Source: Gemmatimonadales bacterium
GTDB lineage: Bacteria; Gemmatimonadota; Gemmatimonadetes; Gemmatimonadales; GWC2-71-9
Direction: 5' to 3'
Assembly: GCA_037189525.1 (NCBI GenBank)
Contig: JBBCJC010000005.1
Coordinates: 1 to 64,000, forward strand
DNA: 64,000 nucleotides
A program made the translations under genes and the position numbers. Position 1 is the first letter of the stretch. Each line of letters starts with the position of its first letter. The notes beneath the pieces are model-generated. The model was not told the origin of the DNA, did not search any database, and saw only the letters and a list, made by a program, of their open reading frames with translations. Below are positions 60,526 through 64,000 of this stretch, one piece after another.

Positions 60526-61343
60526 TCGCACTCTCGGCGCTCGGATCGGGATCGGGCGGCAACGCCTTCGTACTGGACGGTCCCGACGGCGCGCTGCTGC
60601 TGGACGCCGGATTCACTGCCAAAGAACTGGAGCGGCGCGCCACCCTGGTCGGGATCGACCTGGGGCGCGTCCACGGCGTGGTGCTGACCCATGAACACGG
60701 CGACCACGCCACCGGCGCGGTCCGCATCGCCAAACGCATGGGCGTGCCGCTGGTAGCTACGGAGGGAACCTTGCGGGCGCTCACGCCGCCGGATGCGGTC
60801 GGCCGGGTCGTGCTCCGCGGCAGTTCCGTCACCGAGCTGGGCCCGTTCTCGATCGAGAGCTGCCGGATCATCCATGACGCGGCCGAGCCGACCGCGCTGG
60901 CCGTCGAATACCGGGACGTCCGGGTCGGGGTGGCGTACGACTTCGGTCGAGCCACGCTCGGGCTGCGCCATCTCTTACGCGGCTGTGATGCGCTCGTGGT
61001 CGAATCGAACTACGATGAGATCATGCTCCGGACCAGCGACTATCCCGTCTCCGTCCAACACCGGATTGCGGGATCGGGCGGACACATGTCGAACCGCGCA
61101 GCCGCCGAACTCCTCTCCGACCTCTGCCACGACGGGCTCGGCGTGGTGGTCCTGGCCCACCTGAGCCGGCAGTGTAACGCGCCGGAAGTGGCCCATTCGA
61201 CGGTTGCCGGCTACCTGGGCGTGCGCGGGTTCAGCGGGCGGATCACGGTCGCTACGCAGGAGACGCCGGTTGGTCCGCTGACGATCAGCGCGAGCGGCGC
61301 GCGCCATCGGCTCGCCACCCAATGTGAACTCGAGTTCTCGTAA
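60522..61343 (+). CDS. MBL-fold metallo-hydrolase (YycJ/WalJ-like)
   Basis: GSGSGGN, LDAG, THEHGDH, HDAAEP, ESNYD, GHMSN and LAHLS. Confidence 0.92.
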   Translation: MIALSALGSGSGGNAFVLDGPDGALLLDAGFTAKELERRATLVGIDLGRVHGVVLTHEHGDHATGAVRIAKRMGVPLVATEGTLRALTPPDAVGRVVLRGSSVTELGPFSIESCRIIHDAAEPTALAVEYRDVRVGVAYDFGRATLGLRHLLRGCDALVVESNYDEIMLRTSDYPVSVQHRIAGSGGHMSNRAAAELLSDLCHDGLGVVVLAHLSRQCNAPEVAHSTVAGYLGVRGFSGRITVATQETPVGPLTISASGARHRLATQCELEFS

Positions 61344-61371
61344 ACCAACCATTCCCGACCGGGAGCCAGGC

Positions 61372-61875
61372 ATGAGCATCTCCGCTGCCGTCCTGCCCGA
61401 ATACGATCACGAAATGTCCGTCACCCGGACGGTGCTCTCCCGGGTCCCCGGCGAACGCGCGACCTGGCGGCCCCATGCCAAATCGTACTCGCTCGGCGAT
61501 TTGTCCTCTCACATCGCCAATATTCCGACCTGGATTGCGCCGACGTTGTCCGAGACGGAACTGGATTTGAATCCGCCGGGAGGAACGGGGTGGGTTTCGC
61601 CGACCTTTCAGTCGACCGATGCGCTGCTGGCGACCTTCGATGCGAACATTGCGGCGGGGCGGACGGCGATTGCCGGGACGGGCGATGAGGCGTTCGGGGT
61701 GCCGTGGTCACTCAAGTCGGGCGGCCACGTGATCTTCACGATGCCCCGCGTGGTGGTGCTCCGGTCGTTCGTCCTGAACCACCTGATCCACCACCGGGGC
61801 CAGCTGGCGGTCTATCTCCGCCTGCTCGACGTGCCTGTGCCCCAGATTTACGGACCGACCGCGGACGAACCCTGA
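61372..61875 (+). CDS. DinB family protein
   Basis: WRPHAKSYSLGDL..HIA and NHLIHHRGQLAVYLRL...P.IYGP. Confidence 0.93.
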   Translation: MSISAAVLPEYDHEMSVTRTVLSRVPGERATWRPHAKSYSLGDLSSHIANIPTWIAPTLSETELDLNPPGGTGWVSPTFQSTDALLATFDANIAAGRTAIAGTGDEAFGVPWSLKSGGHVIFTMPRVVVLRSFVLNHLIHHRGQLAVYLRLLDVPVPQIYGPTADEP

Positions 61876-62348
61876 GAGATGGACACCGGCGGCGGAGCGC
61901 TCGCTGCGTCGCCGGTGTCGACTGCACAGGCCGAGCACTGACAGCGTGCCGCCGCGCGAACCAGAGCGCGGTTCCGCAGATGGGCCGCGATCAGCGCCGC
62001 TCCTCCGAGCGCCCCGGAGACCATTTCCCATTCGGCGTTGACCGCGAGCCCATGGCCAAGCGCCATGATCACGACGCCCACGACACCAAGGATCAGGGCC
62101 TCGAACCGGCGATGCCGGACGACACCAGCCCCCAATGCCGCCATCGCAATGACCGCGGCGACCCCGACAAAAGCCCACCCGAGCGCCGGATCTTCCAACC
62201 AGGCAACCCCGGCAGCGGGGACCATCAACATCAAGAGCGGCGGCGCCACACAGTGGATGACACAAACGGCAGATACACCGACCCCGGCCAGATCCCATTG
62301 GCCGATGGTGCGGGATCGATTCGAAGACGAAAGTAGAGGCTGCGACAT
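61848..62348 (-). CDS. MerC-domain membrane protein
   Basis: DLAGVGVSAVCVIHCV, RHRR, AAHLRN and a C-terminal CQCSAC; 4 TM segments. Confidence 0.88.
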   Translation of the reverse strand: MSQPLLSSSNRSRTIGQWDLAGVGVSAVCVIHCVAPPLLMLMVPAAGVAWLEDPALGWAFVGVAAVIAMAALGAGVVRHRRFEALILGVVGVVIMALGHGLAVNAEWEMVSGALGGAALIAAHLRNRALVRAAARCQCSACAVDTGDAASAPPPVSISQGSSAVGP

Positions 62349-62350
62349 AA

Positions 62351-62368
62351 GTGATAACAATTTATCAC
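62351..62368. promoter_or_regulatory. Palindromic operator (Fur/Zur-like) over the merC promoter
   Basis: GTGATAA-CAAT-TTATCAC, 2 nt upstream of the merC ATG; contains minus-strand extended -10 TGATAAATT. Confidence 0.65.
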
Positions 62369-62427
62369 TAAGGACTGCGATCGCGCTACCCCCCAGTCCG
62401 ATTCGAGCCGAGGGGCGACGGAAGGGA

Positions 62428-62823
62428 CTAGAGGACGTCGGGATCGGGCGGAACGGGGATGTTGGCCGGCCTGGGAGTCGGAGGTCCCACCCGCCGCAGG
62501 GTGATTGGTTCGGGCAGGTCGCCGCCGGAGAGGGTCAGCCGCTGGCCGCGAACGCGGAGCGAATAGACCTCCCACTCCCCGCCGAGGGCGATCATGATCT
62601 GATCAGATCGGAGCCTCCAGCGGACTGTCTCTTTTCCCCATGAAGCGCTCGAATCGGGTCGGATGACGACCGTTTTGGGCCCTTCTGCCTTGACCTTACC
62701 CTTTTCGAGTTCCCAGGTACCGGACACTGCCGGCCCCTGGTTCTGAGCCGGGGTCTGGCCCTGCAGCGTCGGTACGTAGGCAACCAGCATCGCGCCGGCA
62801 ACGACCGTGAACCATCGATTCAT
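62428..62823 (-). CDS. Hypothetical secreted protein
   Basis: RBS GAGGAG; signal peptide MNRWFTVVAGAMLVA; VSGTWEL and a beta-rich lipocalin-like pattern. Confidence 0.7.
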   Translation of the reverse strand: MNRWFTVVAGAMLVAYVPTLQGQTPAQNQGPAVSGTWELEKGKVKAEGPKTVVIRPDSSASWGKETVRWRLRSDQIMIALGGEWEVYSLRVRGQRLTLSGGDLPEPITLRRVGPPTPRPANIPVPPDPDVL

Positions 62824-62902
62824 CTTCGCACTCCTCTCGACTCGTCTATCCTGCCGCCCGAAAAATAATGCCGCGCGGGCCTCGAGACAGGCTGCTGATC
62901 CC

Positions 62903-62936
62903 AAAAAGAAGGGGCCGACGCGAGCCGGCCCCTTCT
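62903..62936 (-). terminator. Rho-independent terminator after groEL
   Basis: Minus strand AGAAGGGGCCGG-CTCGC-GTCGGCCCCTTCT-TTTT. Confidence 0.85.
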
Positions 62937-62999
62937 CACCTACTGCGTCATCGCGATGCGGAGTTCCGGACGTGACCGTCCAGTCTCCGCGCCGGCGAC

Positions 63000-64000
63000 T
63001 TAGTACATCCCGCCCATGCCGCCCGCACCGGGCGCGGCCGGGGCAGCCGGCTTGTCTTCCTTCTTCTCGACCACGACGCACTCGGTGGTGAGAAGCAGGC
63101 CCGAGATCGACGCGGCATTCTGGAGCGCCGTCCGGGTGACCTTGGTCGGGTCGATGACGCCGGCCTTGACCAGGTCTTCGTACTCATCCGAGGCCGCGTT
63201 GTAGCCGACGTTGCCCTTGGCCTCTTTGACCTTCGCGAGCACGATGGCGCCTTCGACGCCCGCGTTCTGCGCGATGGTGCGGAGCGGCTCCTCGAGCGCG
63301 CGGCGGACGATGTCGATACCGATCTTCTCGTCCTCGGTGCCGCGGAGCTTGGCCAGCGACTCCTGGGTCCGGAGCAGCGCAACGCCGCCGCCGGGCACGA
63401 TGCCTTCCTCGACCGCTGCGCGGGTAGCGTGCAGCGCGTCCTCGACCCGAGCCTTCTTCTCCTTCATCTCGGTCTCGGTCGCGGCGCCGACGTGGATAAC
63501 CGCCACGCCGCCGGAGAGCTTGGCCAACCGCTCCTGCAGCTTCTCACGGTCGTAGTCGCTGGTCGACTTGTCGATCGCGACCCGGATCTCGGCGATCCGG
63601 CCCTTGATGTCGTCGGCCTTGCCCTTGCCGTCGACGACGGTGGTGTTGTCCTTGTCGATCACGATGCGCTTGGACTGACCGAGGTCGGCCAGGACCGTGT
63701 TCTCGAGCTTGAAGCCGAGCTCTTCCGAGATGACCTTGCCGCCGGTCAGCTTGGCGATGTCGACCAGCATTTCCTTGCGGCGGTCGCCGAAGCCCGGGGC
63801 CTTGACGGCCGCGACCTTGAGGGTGCCGCGCAGCTTGTTGACGACCAGCGTGGCAAGCGCCTCGCCCTCGACGTCCTCGGCGAGGATCAGGAGCGGCTTG
63901 CCGGTCTGGGCGACCTTCTCGAGGACCGGGAGCAGGTCCTTCATGGCCGAGATCTTCTTGTCGTAGATCAGGATGTAGGGCGTGTCGAGCACGGCCTCCA
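63000..64000 (-). CDS. groEL: Chaperonin GroEL (5' part outside the window)
   Basis: [32 protein letters not shown] and C-terminal GGMGGMY. Confidence 0.98.
   Translation of the reverse strand, partial: EAVLDTPYILIYDKKISAMKDLLPVLEKVAQTGKPLLILAEDVEGEALATLVVNKLRGTLKVAAVKAPGFGDRRKEMLVDIAKLTGGKVISEELGFKLENTVLADLGQSKRIVIDKDNTTVVDGKGKADDIKGRIAEIRVAIDKSTSDYDREKLQERLAKLSGGVAVIHVGAATETEMKEKKARVEDALHATRAAVEEGIVPGGGVALLRTQESLAKLRGTEDEKIGIDIVRRALEEPLRTIAQNAGVEGAIVLAKVKEAKGNVGYNAASDEYEDLVKAGVIDPTKVTRTALQNAASISGLLLTTECVVVEKKEDKPAAPAAPGAGGMGGMY

Overview
Mostly core chromosome of a high-GC Gram-negative bacterium, most likely Gemmatimonadota (judged from the 5' half of the 16S gene and the gene repertoire). 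Bases 1-4530 are a minus-strand rRNA operon (16S-tRNA-Ile-tRNA-Ala-23S partial) that is chimeric. The 16S 5'/central domains and the promoter fit the host, while the 16S 3' half, the AT-rich ITS, the tRNAs and the 23S look Bacteroidota (Sphingobacteriaceae-like). The switch lies inside a universally conserved 38-nt stretch (3621-3658), which points to a misassembly. The rest holds: a DUF4153-ECF42-YciI locus; hppD-hmgA-LVIVD-apaG; MATE; tRNA-Arg; lutABC; an accessory patch around tRNA-Pro (YdcF, M55 peptidase, TetR, serine hydrolase, LLM, ABC permease, Uma2); an LPS/rph/rdgB cluster; a long nusA-infB-rbfA-truB-ribF-secDF-tatD-fhs-ridA run; murA-pgeF; serS-pcrA-gatCAB; a roadblock-manC-glmU-like-MBL-dinB operon; merC; and the 3' part of groEL. 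Points not shown by the ORF track: a 35-aa bTHX ribosomal protein gene, a rimP leader without rimP, a probable CTG start for truB, a Cys-to-Asp MurA, a 44-bp leaderless-promoter cassette shared by two unrelated genes, an internal ECF42-type promoter, LolB-like and HmuY-like lipoproteins, and a His-ringed LVIVD propeller. I saw no CRISPR array, integrase or transposase, and I cannot claim a clearly new multi-gene system. Family assignments come from motif recognition, not from searches.
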